Assembly: GCA_951406725.2 (NCBI GenBank)
Contig: OX597818.1
Coordinates: forward strand, 67,022,001 to 67,086,000
Source of the DNA: Octopus vulgaris
Taxonomy: Eukaryota
Length of the DNA stretch: 64,000 nucleotides
Direction: 5' to 3'
The position numbers and the translations under genes were made by a program. The notes under the pieces are model-generated. The model was not told where the DNA came from, made no database searches, and saw only the letters and a program-made list of their open reading frames with translations. Below are positions 28,521 through 42,052 of the stretch, one piece after another. Within the stretch, counting starts at the first letter, position 1. Each line of letters opens with the position of its first letter.

Positions 28521-30374
28521 TAAGTTTTGATTATATATGCATATATTATCAAGACTTTAATAACGATTACCAAAAATGATAGGATATCGCCATACTGGAC
28601 AGCTGAAATCTACAAGATTATTTCATTTTCTCTATTATTCTCTTTCAAGAGCGTAGGTTCGAATGGAAAAACACTTTTTCATTTTTCTCATTCAAAATGG
28701 TTGACGACTAGCATCACACTTGAAACTCAAGAGTACCGACCAACTTCAATCAAACTGTTTTGATCTATACATATAAATATCTACTTATATATATGTATAT
28801 GCACACACACACACGGATACACACACACACACACGCACACACACATACACACACATATATATATATATAGATACATATAAATATTTTTGTCTGTATTTAT
28901 ATACAAGTGTGCAAACGTAATTATATACAAAATATATGCATATTTGCATACATATACACGCATGTAAACTTCCATGCATAAATTCGTCATAATTCTTTAT
29001 CGTACTTGATGCCGCTGTGTACGCTTCCAGGAAACTAGTTGCTGTCATAGCAATTTCCTTTTTATCATTTCTTTCGCACACCAGGGAAATTAATTATCTC
29101 TGTGAGTCAGATATTTCTTCGAAGAGAAAGGAACGTTTGTTATGTTTCTGGTATTTATGCAAAAAAAGTCTTTTGGCCGTAGAAAAAGAATGTTCACAAA
29201 ATATTTTTCATTATCTTTGATGTGCTGCTGTGTGTATCCTTCCATCGTCCCATATCGAGTTGGGTGATGATCAAAGACACCTTCCCTGTGTTCATCCTTT
29301 CTGTCTCTCAAGCAGAGTATATCTACAACTCCAACTTGTAATGTGTTTTAGCCGAAGACAATAGGTTTGTGAGTCGATGTCTGCTGTCTTTATAGCCGCC
29401 ACTTCTTTGGATCTCTGTTTTCTTCTTATTGTTGTTCAAATATAAAATTTGATATATGTGTCCTTTTATACTGAAAATAATAGATTCTAAAGCACAGTTA
29501 GAAATATGAAGTATCACAGCTAAAGTATAACACAATTTATATATTTATGGTGAAAGTCATCAAACAGCGAACATTATTTCTCTGACCTCTTTCACGAAGT
29601 TCCTTTGTTCATGAAAGAAACGCTTTCCATAATTTAGACAATCACGCAGCTCTACATATTGTACCGCTGTTTTTCTCTGGCTCCACGTCACTCTGTTTTA
29701 ATTCAGTGAATTTATCCAGTGTGTCTTTGCTTTTAAGCCACTAGAGTATAATTTATGGGAAAATGTGTTGCTCTTCTTAGCATCCAGAAAAAAAAAGAAC
29801 AACAAGCTTACACAGAGACTTATATGTACAATTTGCTTAATGATGTGGAAGCCGCAGTCAAATAACTGTCAGTATAAATCCTTCTGATTTGGAACAGCGT
29901 AAACTTTTAGCTTTACATGAATAAACCGAATGTTATTTAGGAGAAAGATATCTGTCCAATTCCTAATGCTGTAAACACCAGAGCTGCTAGAAAACTGGGA
30001 TTATCGCCAATTATGTGTGATTCATGAAAAGATTTTACTTAACTAACATTGTTATTATGAATCTTTTCTTTACAAATAATCACTTCGAGGAAAAGGCTGA
30101 CGTTTTCTATGCTAACTTTTAACTGTCAGTATTTAACTGCTAACAGTGAGCCAAATTGGATCTTCGATTCCTATTTGAATTCAATCTATATCCATGCAGG
30201 ATTTATTTTATCTAAAGTCGTTTGATTTTTCTCTGCTGCTTACATTTAATAAACGACGAATCTATTGATATACAAACTTCCATTAATATATATCACGGGA
30301 AAATGTTTGCGGTACACTACGGCTTCAGTAGTTGCTGATGAAGATATTAATATCAATGGCATCTAAGTAGTTGG

Positions 30375-30787
30375 CATCATCACCACAACAACGGGACCAT
30401 CATCTTCCTCATCATCATCATCACCATCATCTTCAGTAGGAATAACAGCAGCGGTTGTAGCTGAAACATGAAATGTACTAACCGCAGAAGCGCCGTTGCC
30501 GCCGTATTGAACATGTGCGTTATCACCACCGTTTTGAAATCAGCTTTATTAACATCACTGCACACACAAACTTCATTAATATTAATATAATCAATACCCT
30601 TAACAAAATAATTAGCAAGGTCACGATCACCATCATGATCTTCATCGCCATCAACACCGTGTTTCTGCTCCTCCTCTTCATCATCATTTACATCACTATC
30701 ATCCTCCTTCTTCTCTACCTCCCCATTCTTAATTTCATCTTCATCATCATCATCATTATCAATCATCATCCTCATCATCATCATGAA

Positions 30788-30828
<41 letters not shown>

Positions 30829-30856
30829 CCATCATCACCATCATCATCATCATCAA

Positions 30857-30922
<66 letters not shown>

Positions 30923-31025
30923 TATTATCACCTTCAACATCATCATTATCATCATCATCATTTCCTCATCACCATCACCATCACCATCATCATCATCATC
31001 ATCACCAACATCACCACCATCAAAG
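30375..31025. repeat. (CAT)n/(CAC)n trinucleotide microsatellite with decayed flanks
   Basis: Pure CAT run at ~30760-30960 explains the poly-M/H/I ORFs. Confidence 0.95.
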
Positions 31026-31265
31026 ATTTCTTCTACAACGTCACCGACGTCTTCATTGTTATCAGAAGGATTTGTAAGACCGCTTAGTATTTTCCATGGC
31101 AATTTTCAGACTTAATTTAATAGAGAAGATACCGTCCGTTCATACTGGTATCAACAAGTATTTTTCATGCGCACCATTTTCTTCAGCATCCTCTGGTTAT
31201 TCGTCGCAGGGATCTCAACCAACACAAACCCACGCGCACAAACATACCCTCACACATGCACATAA

Positions 31266-31332
<67 letters not shown>

Positions 31333-31689
31333 CATATATATATGTTTGTGTTTGCACGTGCAAATATATATCACGTGATCACTTGATAAACCAGACTATT
31401 ATCTGTGGTTACACGCTGCTGGACACCAGGTACTTAGCAACGTTTTATATTTCGAAAGAGACCACATTATTGGCTCAGGGAGGAGATCAATATCGGACCC
31501 GGTAAGAAAGCCATTTCACTTATAGGTTACCCATTTACATGTGAATGAACTGGAACTGGAGTGTCATGCAATGAAGTGCTTTGCTCAGGAACAGCACACA
31601 GCATGTGTGATGCATGAAATCACCTCATGATGTTGAGTTCTACGAACCTATCCACTACATGACAGGCCTGTTAATACGTACACTCTACT

Positions 31690-31905
31690 CGGTAACCACA
31701 TGTGGATTCCGACGAGTTTTTCTTTTTTACCTCCATCTTTCTTTTCTCCAGGCCCTTCCTCTGTCTCCTATTTCTGAAGAAGAGCTTTGACCGAAACGTA
31801 AAACTATCTTTCTTTCCTTCTCTGAAAGCCTTGTCAATGCTTTACAAGTACCACATCCTCGCATTGCTGTTTTTCTATTGTCATTTTTTCTCCCTTCCGT
31901 TAATA
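31690..31905 (+). mobile_element. Short HHR-bearing element related to 13070-13278
   Basis: ttt-CTGAAGA-A-gagc(ttt)gacc-GAAA-cg-TA-aaa at 31771-31803, with downstream ccacatcctcgcattgctgttt like the 13070 copy. Confidence 0.6.
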
Positions 31906-31923
31906 AATAAATTAATTAATTAT

Positions 31924-32085
<162 letters not shown>

Positions 32086-32097
32086 TTTGAATCTTTA

Positions 32098-32147
<50 letters not shown>

Positions 32148-32148
<1 letters not shown>

Positions 32149-32438
32149 GTGAAATATTAATAGAGAGAGAATGAAAGAGAAAGACAATAGATGGCTAAAA
32201 TATTAATGACGCTCCTAACAAAGCCACTGAGGATTCATAGACAGAATAAGGAAGAAACACGTATGCAGTGGTTTGTATCCTTTCGTTGACTGAATTGTTG
32301 TGGCGCTGGCATGTTACGTACCACCTTGAAAGAATTAGTCAAGAAAATCGTGTTTATAATATATTTTCAAGAGATTTGTACTTCCTCAATTTATGCATTG
32401 GGCTATAAACAAACATGGGCATTGGGTTATAAACATAA

Positions 32439-32515
<77 letters not shown>

Positions 32516-32787
32516 AGATATAGATATATAGATATAGATATAGACACATACAGACAAACGGGAAACAAACACAAGATCATCATCTCCTCAGCAGTTACCC
32601 CCCAGTGGATCAAACGTAATTTTGCGCATAGGCGTATATGTTCTTTTGGCACATGTTTGTTTATAGCCCAAGGCATAAATTGAGGAAGTACAATCTCTTG
32701 AAAATATATTATGAACTCGATGATTTTTTTGACTAATTCTTTCAAGGTGGCACATAACATGCCAGCCCCACAATAATTCAGTCAACG
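32148..32787 (+). mobile_element. PLE pseudo-LTR-like element with hammerhead and inverted partial copy
   Basis: HHR-like motif at 32218-32276: acaaagcca-CTGAGGA-ttc...gaa-GAAA-cacg-TA...gtggtttgt. 32284-32420 is inverted at 32648-32787 across a (TA)n tract. Confidence 0.65.
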
Positions 32788-32789
32788 GG

Positions 32790-32965
32790 AAGCTTTATGA
32801 AAATAAACAAAAGACGAAGGCAGGTGGAATACAAACAAACAATTGTATTAGTATGGCGCTCAGGAATATCAATAAAACAAGTCTTTTACGTTTCGAGCCT
32901 ACGCTCTTCAACAGAAAGATACACAGAAAAGAAACGCGGAGAGAAACAAGGAGGGGAAAAAATGC
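32790..32965 (-). mobile_element. Short HHR-bearing element, CTGTTGA family (best copy)
   Basis: Minus 32883-32918: cttt-CTGTTGA-A-gagc(gtag)gctc-GAAA-cg-TA-aaag. Confidence 0.7.
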
Positions 32966-32981
32966 GTGCAGAAGCTAGCGA

Positions 32982-33017
<36 letters not shown>

Positions 33018-33075
33018 AACAGAGACAGACAGACAGAAAAATAGATATAGATGCATAAATGTGTGTGTGTGTGTA

Positions 33076-33827
33076 TACTAGGTGATATCCAAAAGTGGTC
33101 AGGAACGTTCTTTGTGGAAAAAATACATGTTTGTCCAGAATTTCACAGCTACAATCCACTCGATGCGACCCTTAGTCATCAATCTACCGACGGAATTCTT
33201 CGTTTCAGGTCGCACCGCTGTAAAGCGTCTCTGTATTGCAGTGCTTCTTCCCTTCTTGTCGCTATCTTTGAGTACTTAAACGAAGGAACATCGTACTTCC
33301 GTGAAATTTGTTTTTTTTTTTCTTTTTTGTTCTGCTAGAGAAAACGTCAGCTGACAGTCGTCAGGCTTCAAAACATTGACGAAGTTGTTGATAAAACTGG
33401 AGTGCCCTGAAGCTCCTGCTAACGAATTTTGTTCGAGGAATCGCAAATGGAAAGAGTTGCATCAAAATATATATCTCGTTTTCTCACGGAAGATCAAAAG
33501 CAGTCACAAATGATCACGTTGTCGTGGATTGGAAGAAAAGTAACAATTAACCCATACAATCTTTCAGAAGTCATTATTGGTGACAAAGCTAGTGCCACAG
33601 AATTTGCAGATGTGGAAGAGGTTAAGAAAAATAGAATACAATGGAGACATTAAAAAGTCTCTCTTCGCGAGAATTCCAGGACTAATTCGAACAGTGGAAA
33701 TGGTGTCTGGACCGTTACGTTGATTCAAAAGGAGAATACTTTCAACGAAATATAACTGGAAACATTTAAAAATATCTGAATGAAATAATGTTGCAAAATC
33801 CAGTTTCCTTTTGGGTGTTCCCTCGTA
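33076..33827 (+). mobile_element. Decayed mariner-like element
   Basis: Ends ta-ctaggtgatatccaaaag / cttttgggtgttccctcg-ta. Interior reads RVASKYISRFLTEDQKQ...VIIGD, matching mariner WVPRxL and TGDE-like motifs. Confidence 0.7.
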
Positions 33828-34183
33828 TATATATATAATGTACTGTTCGGTGATGGTAACATCAACATAAAATTACTCTACCTGCAGAGAGGCAAGTGTT
33901 ATTTTTTAAAATGTAATATACGTGTTTAGTGTTCCTATTAGTTCCATATGATGACAGCAAACCAGACTGCATTGTTAATGCGGGGCTGGTGCCTCAGCAT
34001 AATCTTCATGCTAGTACTAGGACACCCGACGCGTTCAAAGATACAATCTGGCATGCTCTCATCTGAGGAAACTGATAGTAGCACATGTCTTCAGTAGATC
34101 CTATATATATATATATATATATATGTGTGTTTGTGTGTGTGTGCGTGTGTTTGGTGTATGTACATGAATGTATGTGTATATAT

Positions 34184-34226
<43 letters not shown>

Positions 34227-34283
34227 TACATACATTCATATACATACACACAGGCACGCATATATATATATATATATATATAT

Positions 34284-34565
34284 CTTGTTATATTTCGGAA
34301 TGGTCATATTGCCAGTTTAGCCAATAAAAACACACGCACTATATATTTGGTGTTATTTTGCTTCAGTGTTATTTATTTTTTACATTGATCTTAATCTTTT
34401 TTCGGCCAGAGTTCTTTCGACACACTCCTGTGACCGCATCAGTGGTCCTTTGTTTTCTTCTTTCTTATTGACTAAACTGGCAATATCACCATTCCGAAAT
34501 ATAACAATATCTGTTTCAACACATGACTTCACATAAAAAATATTGCACAACAAATATTTAAACGT
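34284..34565. mobile_element. Inverted-repeat element in (TA)n with a decayed minus-strand hammerhead
   Basis: Arms at 34284-34327 and 34465-34508. Minus 34404-34448 reads cca-CTGATGC-ggtcacaggagtgtgtc-GAAA-gaac-TC-tgg. Confidence 0.5.
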
Positions 34566-34594
34566 GTATATATATATATATATATATATATACG

Positions 34595-34885
34595 ATATAT
34601 ATAGACGATATAGACGATAAGAAATTGGATGTAAAACAACAAATAGAAGTGTATCGTTGGTGCTAAAAAAGCCATTCTTGCTTAACCAATTAAATAATGG
34701 CTTTGTAGCATGGCTTTTTTCTCCATTTTCTTATCGTCTATATATATGCATTAAACAACTGTTTACCTTTTTAAATTTACTGCACCCGTATACCTTATAA
34801 CAAGGACCATACTTACGGGTGTGATTACCAGGAGTGCCTCTGGATACTTCTATCGCTTTGAGGGCTTCACCCCTCTAACTTATAC

Positions 34886-34890
<5 letters not shown>
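34595..34890. mobile_element. Short element in (TA)n with inverted ends and a tail shared with 12905-12990
   Basis: tatagacgataagaaa / tttcttatcgtctata. Tail ccgtataccttataacaaggaccat...ggatacttctatc matches 12905-12975. Confidence 0.5.
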
Positions 34891-34958
<68 letters not shown>

Positions 34959-36067
34959 CTGTCCACGAGTGTGTATGTGCATTTTCGTTCATAGAGAATC
35001 TAGTGATCAAGTTCTTGACTTATATTAATACATAATTGTTTCATTTGGATTCGATCTCATGAAAATCGTTATATTATGCATTGGTATAGGCAACAATGTA
35101 TTCATTCACGAGGACTTGAAGTCAACTCACCTGTGTTATGCACAAAAGACGGATAAAGTTCATTACTAGACGAACGAATCTAGCAACACTGAGACCCATG
35201 CATACCCACAAATATGCATAGAAATAAATGCTTGTAAACATCATCCGATTTTTCACCGGATTATTTGAGACATACATTTTGCGACCTTTCATCCTTGTTA
35301 CCGGACGAAATCATTACGTTTCACTTCTTATTTATGGACGTTCTACTTACATGTCGAGGGACTTTGTTTCCAACGTCGAACAACTAATTTGTAGATCGCT
35401 AAATGAAGACAAATGAGGTTTGTCATCAGCTTCTAGGTTTTACAGGAATCATAGTGAGTCGAATTAAAAACAGCTCAGTCTCGCGCGGAAAACAATAATG
35501 ACAAATATAATCGCTGACCGCCAAGCAAACAGAGAGAAAACGTGTCAGCGTTTCGTCTGTATCGCATAGCACCACTTCTTCCCGAAATCCACATAGACGT
35601 TCTTTCGACTGATAGCTGGGAGCAATTCACAAAGACAATAAAATATCGCACACACACACACGCACAAACAAAAACGCACACACACACATACACACAGAAA
35701 CACACACACAAACATACACGCACACACGCAGGGACAGTCACCCATGCATAAGTATATGTCATTTAACTCATTACATCTAATTTATTTGTATCATTCATGG
35801 TTTCCGTCCATACTGGAGCACCGCACTAAAGTATTTAATTGAATAAATCGAGTCCAATCGGTACGTTTAAGTTCGTCTTCTTTCGGTGAACACTTGAGTT
35901 ATCTGGGCATAAAAAGAAACAGGTTGCCATGGGAACAAAAGCACGAAGACATACCCGCACGCATACACATATATACGCTAAAATTCACTGCTACGCCGGG
36001 TGTCTGTCAGTGCTCTTACCCGTTGTTTCTGTCTCGGTTGTTTTCCAATCACATGTGATAATACTTA

Positions 36068-36650
36068 GGCGTAGGAGTGGCTTGCTTACGAACCACATGG
36101 TTACGGGTTTATTCCCAATGCGTATCACCTTGGGCAAGTGTCTTCTACTATTGCCTCGGGCCGACCAATGCCTTGTGGTAGACGGAAACTGAAAGAATCC
36201 CGTCGTATATATGTGTATATATATATATATATAGTCGCCATGATATTTTCTCTCCTTGTTTTTTCTGTGTCCCTTCGTGTAGAAGAGCGTAGGCTCGAAA
36301 CGTAAAAGACATTTTCTATTCCTGAGCGTTATACTAATACATCTGTTTGTTTTGTGCACCACCTGTCTTCGTCGTTTGTTTTTTTCGTAAACTCTCACTA
36401 TATATATATATATATATATGTGTGGGGGGGGTGTATGTTTGTATGTCTGTGTTTGTTCCCACCAACATCGCTTGACAACCGATGCTCGTGTGTTTACGTC
36501 CCTGTAACTTAGCTATTCGGCAAAAGAGACCGATAGAATAAAAGCTAGGCTTACACATAATAAGTCCTGGGTTCGGTTTGGTCGACTAAAGGCGATGCCC
36601 CAGCATGGCCGCTGTCAAATCACTGAAACAAGTAAAAGAGTAAAAGAGAA
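36068..36650 (+). mobile_element. SINE family B with a nested HHR element (36235-36398) in its internal microsatellite
   Basis: Head and tail match 24620-25029. The insert carries agaagagcgtaggctcGAAAcgTAaaag. Confidence 0.85.
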
Positions 36651-36764
36651 TAATACATTTCGTATCCTCTCAGTATGACATCACGCTTCATCATACTCAT
36701 TATCATCTTCACATGCATTTATCTAATACCATTTATCTATACATGCCTTTATATAGGACCAATG

Positions 36765-36842
<78 letters not shown>

Positions 36843-38197
36843 CTGAACAGCAGGAATTATCTACACATGTATTCATGCAGTACAAACTACAAACAAGAGC
36901 TGGTTAAATTGTTTATTTCATACATGTCTGCATTTAGATTCCGTCTGGTCGTCAATTATGAGAAAATGACTTCAATTTAAATCACATTCGTGCATGCATT
37001 TGGTTGAGGTAGATCACGAACTGTTTCGGCTAAATTTTGTTTAGACATACATTGGATAGTGGTGACTTAGTACTGATGACGTACTTGTAACACAGAAGTC
37101 ATGATTCCGCTAATCCACCTGCAATGCAAAAGATTATTCATCTCATACTGAGACAACTCTCTGCTTTCTAGTGCTCGAGTTCCTTACAACATGATTTCGT
37201 TAATGAATACTGGAATGATTTCTTAAACGAACACTTAAATGAAAAGTGAAGTAGGAGATACACAATGCTACGCTTATACATATTTCCACACATACAAACG
37301 TACACACATTAACAGTGTGTTTGTGAGTATGTGTGTATGCGTGTGAGTGAATGACTGCGTGTGAATGTGCATGAGGTCGTAGTGTTTCGATATCTTGGTT
37401 CGATTCCCTTCACAGGCAGCGCCTTATATCATGCATGACGGCCTGTAATTTCATTTGTTTCAGTCAGTTAAAAAAATGATCAAAAAGACTGTGAATGCTG
37501 ACAGAGCCGTGATTCAATTTAGATTTCGCTTCATCGACATATCGCGGGATCTTGCGTGGAAGTATTAAAAGGTTTATCTGCAAGAGTTGAATACATAGGA
37601 CAAAAAATAATAAGTACGTGAGGTTTTGAAACCAACACCACCTAAAGTAACAGAGTGTATACATACGTAACTATGTGCATGTGTATGTGTAAGTGTGTAT
37701 GTGTGTATGTGCGTGCGTGTGTGTGTGTGTGTGAATGCATTAAATGCTATTAAACGAACACATAGGACAGACACACAAATACCCTGATTCTTCATCAATT
37801 ATCGATCAAAAATACTAATACTTAGTTTCGTTCCTTTAACAATAAGGCTGAGTACTCCGTACACCGGCGGCACCTGCAATATTTGCGTAGAATTAGGGCT
37901 CTAGCAAACAAGATAAAATAGGATAGACATAAGTAAGTAAACAAATGAAATAGCGAAAGACACAATAGCGAAAGACTTTCGGCAAAACACGAGGGCGATG
38001 GGTAACGCCTAGAAGAAATCCTGAATGGATCTAAACAGAGAAAGTTTAAGACAGAAGAAAATGTTTGCCGGCAATTAAAGTGTCCGGTGGAGACACAGGC
38101 AGGGAGAAAATATACAATTAAATGTAAGGCGAGAGTTAGGAAGAGAGGAAGTAGGGATACTACGAAAGGAAATTTAGGACGAGAGAAGTATTTTTCA

Positions 38198-38798
38198 TAG
38201 CCACGTCAACATGTCTCTCCGTTGGAACGGAGTTTACTGTAAATAGTTTTCTTCTCAGGACGATATCTCCTCTAGCTAGTTAACGTTGGAGAGCTGCATT
38301 GGAGATATTGCAAGCTGCTGAGCGAACTACGACCACTTGCTAGTGATGGGACGAACAGACCAGCAGCCTACTTTCGGAATATTTCTTCCTCACTTCACTA
38401 CTAGACATCTTGTTCGCTAGAGATATTTGTAGCTCGCTTCTGCTCACAACATTTATTATGTCAAGCCACGTACAGTCACTGATTTTACAACTAGCAAAAA
38501 TACTAGTTCTAAAATCTCCCTAAGAGATAAATTAAGTAGTTGTAATAACAAGAATTATTCGTAGCCACTTCAACATGGTTGGCTGTTCGAACGAATTTTA
38601 CTGCGTTTTTTAACCCCAAGACAATATCTCCACCAGATAGTTAACGAAATACAGCTGCATCCAAGTTATTGCAAGCATGGAAGTGAACCCCGAACACATG
38701 ATAGCGACGGGACCAGTAGACCAGTCCTGGTTTCGGGCTATTCCTGCCCTCTCAAGTACTAGATACATCGTCTACTAGAGATGGCAGTAGCTCGCTTC
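38198..38798. repeat. Two diverged ~240-bp direct copies (38198-38440, 38562-38798)
   Basis: Shared tagccac.tcaacatg...atatctcc...tagttaacg...agctgcat...attgcaagc...ctagagat...gtagctcgcttc. The start resembles the TIR of the MITE at 10290. Confidence 0.6.
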
Positions 38799-40192
38799 AA
38801 TTTCAAGCAACGTGCAGTCTCTTATTTTACAAACCAAAATGCGTCATTTTGACCCTAAATCTAAAATATTTGTTTCTATTACTTAAATGAAAATTTGTTT
38901 TTGAAAGACAAAATAACGGAACATATGGAAGACATATGAGGGTAGAAGTATACACAGACACACACACAAACACACACACACACGTACACACACACTCACA
39001 CACATACACACACTCACACACACACGCACACACACACATATATATATATATCAGTTCATCCCGTAAGTTAAAAGTTCTGTCCGAATTTATATATATATGT
39101 ATGTATATGTTTGTATATATATATGTGTGTGTGCCTATATATATACATATATGGGTATGTGTGTCTATGTGAGGAGGGTGACGTGCACGTATCTGTGTGC
39201 GTATACACACGTGTGTTTTGAGTATATGATGGTATGTTAGTCAATATATCAATTAAAGTTAAGTTGCATGGACTTCAACAAGAACGGTCTTACGTTGCAT
39301 AGAAATTTCAACCATAAGAAGTACGTATATTTGACCCCCCACCGTATGGCAGCTTAGGGAAATACATTTTAGCTTACATTTATAATTCAATCAACGATTC
39401 CAGATAAATTTCCTTGGAATAAACTGTAAGAACGACGGTCTGTTCAACTAATCATGTCGTATGTTACCGGTTAAATCGTCACACATCAATGATTTCGCTA
39501 TTTCTTTTAAGCAGATATCATGCTATCGCATCTATTAACTGTAGATATAATATTTACTGAAATTCAACAATATTCATATCACTGTCCAAATTCAAGGTCA
39601 GAGACAAAAAAATGATGGTGAAAATAATCGAAATAATTGTTTGTAGGTATCCATGACTACGTATTAAGCAATCTGTTTATGAAGTATACATCCTTCATGT
39701 TGTTCTATAAATTCAATGCATATTCATACATATCAGTATGTATGATGCGTTTCCAAGCGTTCTATCCGATTGCTTCTGTGGGCGTTGACAAACGCGTTTA
39801 TTAATATTCAGTCTTATGAAATCGAGTATGCTTATGGATTTATTCCTACGTTCTTATAGAAATATATTTTCTTAAAGGTTATTTTCTCTCTTTCTCCTTG
39901 TTGAAGAATAAGCTATGCATCTTAAGTAATTGCAAAAAAACTAAATATTAAAAAAAGCAAAGAATACAGTTATTTACTATTTTTAACTGAGCAGGAAAAT
40001 GTTCAGTTGGTTACTATTCTTGGATTAATTCCATAATAATGATGGTGAAAGTATATCTTTTCGGCCGCAAAATTGTTCTTTATCTAAAACAGTTAAATTT
40101 AAAAAGAGATAAAAGTTATAATACTTGAAGGAGAAAATACACACAAAAACACACACACACTCATGCACAAACGCATGAATATATATAAATAA

Positions 40193-40266
<74 letters not shown>

Positions 40267-40645
40267 GTATAGATAGGTATATATAGATAGATAAGAAAGT
40301 TGGTTTGTGAAAGCACGTGGTTGAATATATAGAAAATAGTAAAAAGTGAAAAAACTACAGAAGGCTTAATGGTTAAAAAATATATACATTTGCGTCAATA
40401 TGTCTGAAGAATATTACATGTTTTTTTTCCTTACAATGACAGTTTAGAAGAAAGACCGGTTTCGCGTTTGGCTTTTCAAATTTCTTGCGATGTTATGTTT
40501 ATGTTGAATAGAGTTATCGTTATGTTTATGTTTAAAAGAGGGTCCTTCATAAGGACCCAACTTAAAGGAAATTCTAAACATATACCAAATCATTAAAAGC
40601 TACAAACAACCTAAATCACTTTAAAAGATTCTCACAAAGGCAAAA

Positions 40646-41176
40646 TTGTTTTCTGAAATTACGGATGCAAAAGTAAAAAAATGTGGTAGATCGAACTGTG
40701 CAACATGTCCAAACCTGCTAGAAGGATCAGAATTCCTCTTTAAAGAGGGACAGAAATTCAAGATCAAATCTAACTTTATTTGTGCCTCTGAAAACATAAT
40801 TTATGTCATAAAATGCTCGGGCTGCCACCAAGACTACGCGGGATCCACGGGACTATCAATCAGACGTAGATGCACACTGCATCGACAACAGATTGCATTC
40901 CCAGAATACAGAATGATACCTTTTAGTGAGCACATTGAGAAATGCGCAAAGCAACTACTACCACAATTTTTAATCTTTCCATTTTACCAATGTGCTATCG
41001 GATCATCAACACAAATTAGACTAAACAAGGAAACATTCTTCATTGAAAAGTACAAGCCCAGACTTAACCATACCAACATACTGATACAGAGAAATTCACA
41101 CCAAGGGAAAGGAAAAAAATTAAGCGATTATCTCCCTTACACCGGAAGAAATCACTCATTACCTCCCCTTATTTAG
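40646..41176 (+). pseudogene. PLE GIY-YIG endonuclease domain remnant
   Basis: IIY...YAG motif pair, conserved R and E, CxxC knuckles. No RT upstream (truncated). Confidence 0.85.
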
Positions 41177-41232
41177 AACTCTTTTAAACATAAACATAAC
41201 GATAACTCTATTCAACATAAACATAACGTCGC

Positions 41233-41271
41233 AAGAAATTTGAAAAGCTAAACGCGAAACAGGTCTTTCTT
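41233..41271 (+). ncRNA. Type I hammerhead, U3-A8 variant (inverted twin at 40448-40486)
   Basis: aagaaa-t-TTGAAAA-gc(taaac)gc-GAAA-cagg-TC-tttctt. The twin has palindromic ACCGGT. 6-bp stem I, GUC triplet. Confidence 0.7.
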
Positions 41272-41383
41272 CTAAACTATGTCATTGTAAGGAAAAAAAA
41301 AAATTTAATATTCTTCAGACATATTGACGCAAATATATATATAGTTTTAACCTTTAAGCCTTCTGTAGTTTTTCACTTTTTAC

Positions 41384-41460
<77 letters not shown>

Positions 41461-41548
41461 TTATTTCATTTGATACATATATCATCTCACCCCTGCTACT
41501 AGCTGGCATATACAGGTGCTTACATTTAACATGTATTCACCCTGAATT

Positions 41549-41605
<57 letters not shown>

Positions 41606-41837
41606 TGGGTGTCGTTTGTGAGTATGCGTGAGTGTGCGTATGTATGTGCAGAAAAAGGTTAAGAGATATCATTGTGTCTAGACACACATATAGGTGTACG
41701 TTTAGAAATTTATCTATGTTCGCATCTGCGCACAATCTCAGGAACATACTTTCAGATGTCCGTGCATGTGTGGCGGTGGTGAGAGACAGATACTATATAG
41801 GTAGGTCTGCAAAACACAGATTTCATTCAGTGATATA

Positions 41838-42052
41838 TTCTCTTCTACTCTACGCATAAAGCCTAAAATGTTGTGGGAAGGGGCCAGTTAACTAGATCGA
41901 CCCCTAGGTAACTGGGACTTAATTAATTGACTTCGAAAGGTTCAAAGGTAAAGTCGATCTCGGCTGATTTTGAACTCAGAATATAAAGACGGACGAAATA
42001 ATGCTAAGCATGCCACACGGTATGCTAAATGTTTATGCTAGCTTGCCGCCGT
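41838..42052 (-). mobile_element. SINE family A (older copy)
   Basis: aaagtcgatctcggctgattttgaactcagaa...gctagcttgccgcc. Confidence 0.75.

Larger units (their letters stand above)
40333..41390 (+). mobile_element. 5'-truncated Penelope-like element: GIY-YIG ORF between ~210-bp inverted pseudo-LTRs
   Basis: 40333-40540 is inverted at 41179-41390. Interior reads SYKQPKSL*KILTKA, CGRSNCATC, C.SENIIYVIKCSGCHQDYAGST, and E.FFIEKYKPRLN. Flanked by (TA)n. Confidence 0.9.

Noticed and set aside
30380-31115. Poly-Met/His/Ile ORFs up to 240 aa
   Set aside because: (CAT)n repeat open in several frames on both strands, with no domain or splice evidence.
37370-37420. tRNA-like ggttcgattccc B box
   Set aside because: No cloverleaf. 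Probably a decayed SINE head. SINE A and B heads were likewise not called as tRNA genes.
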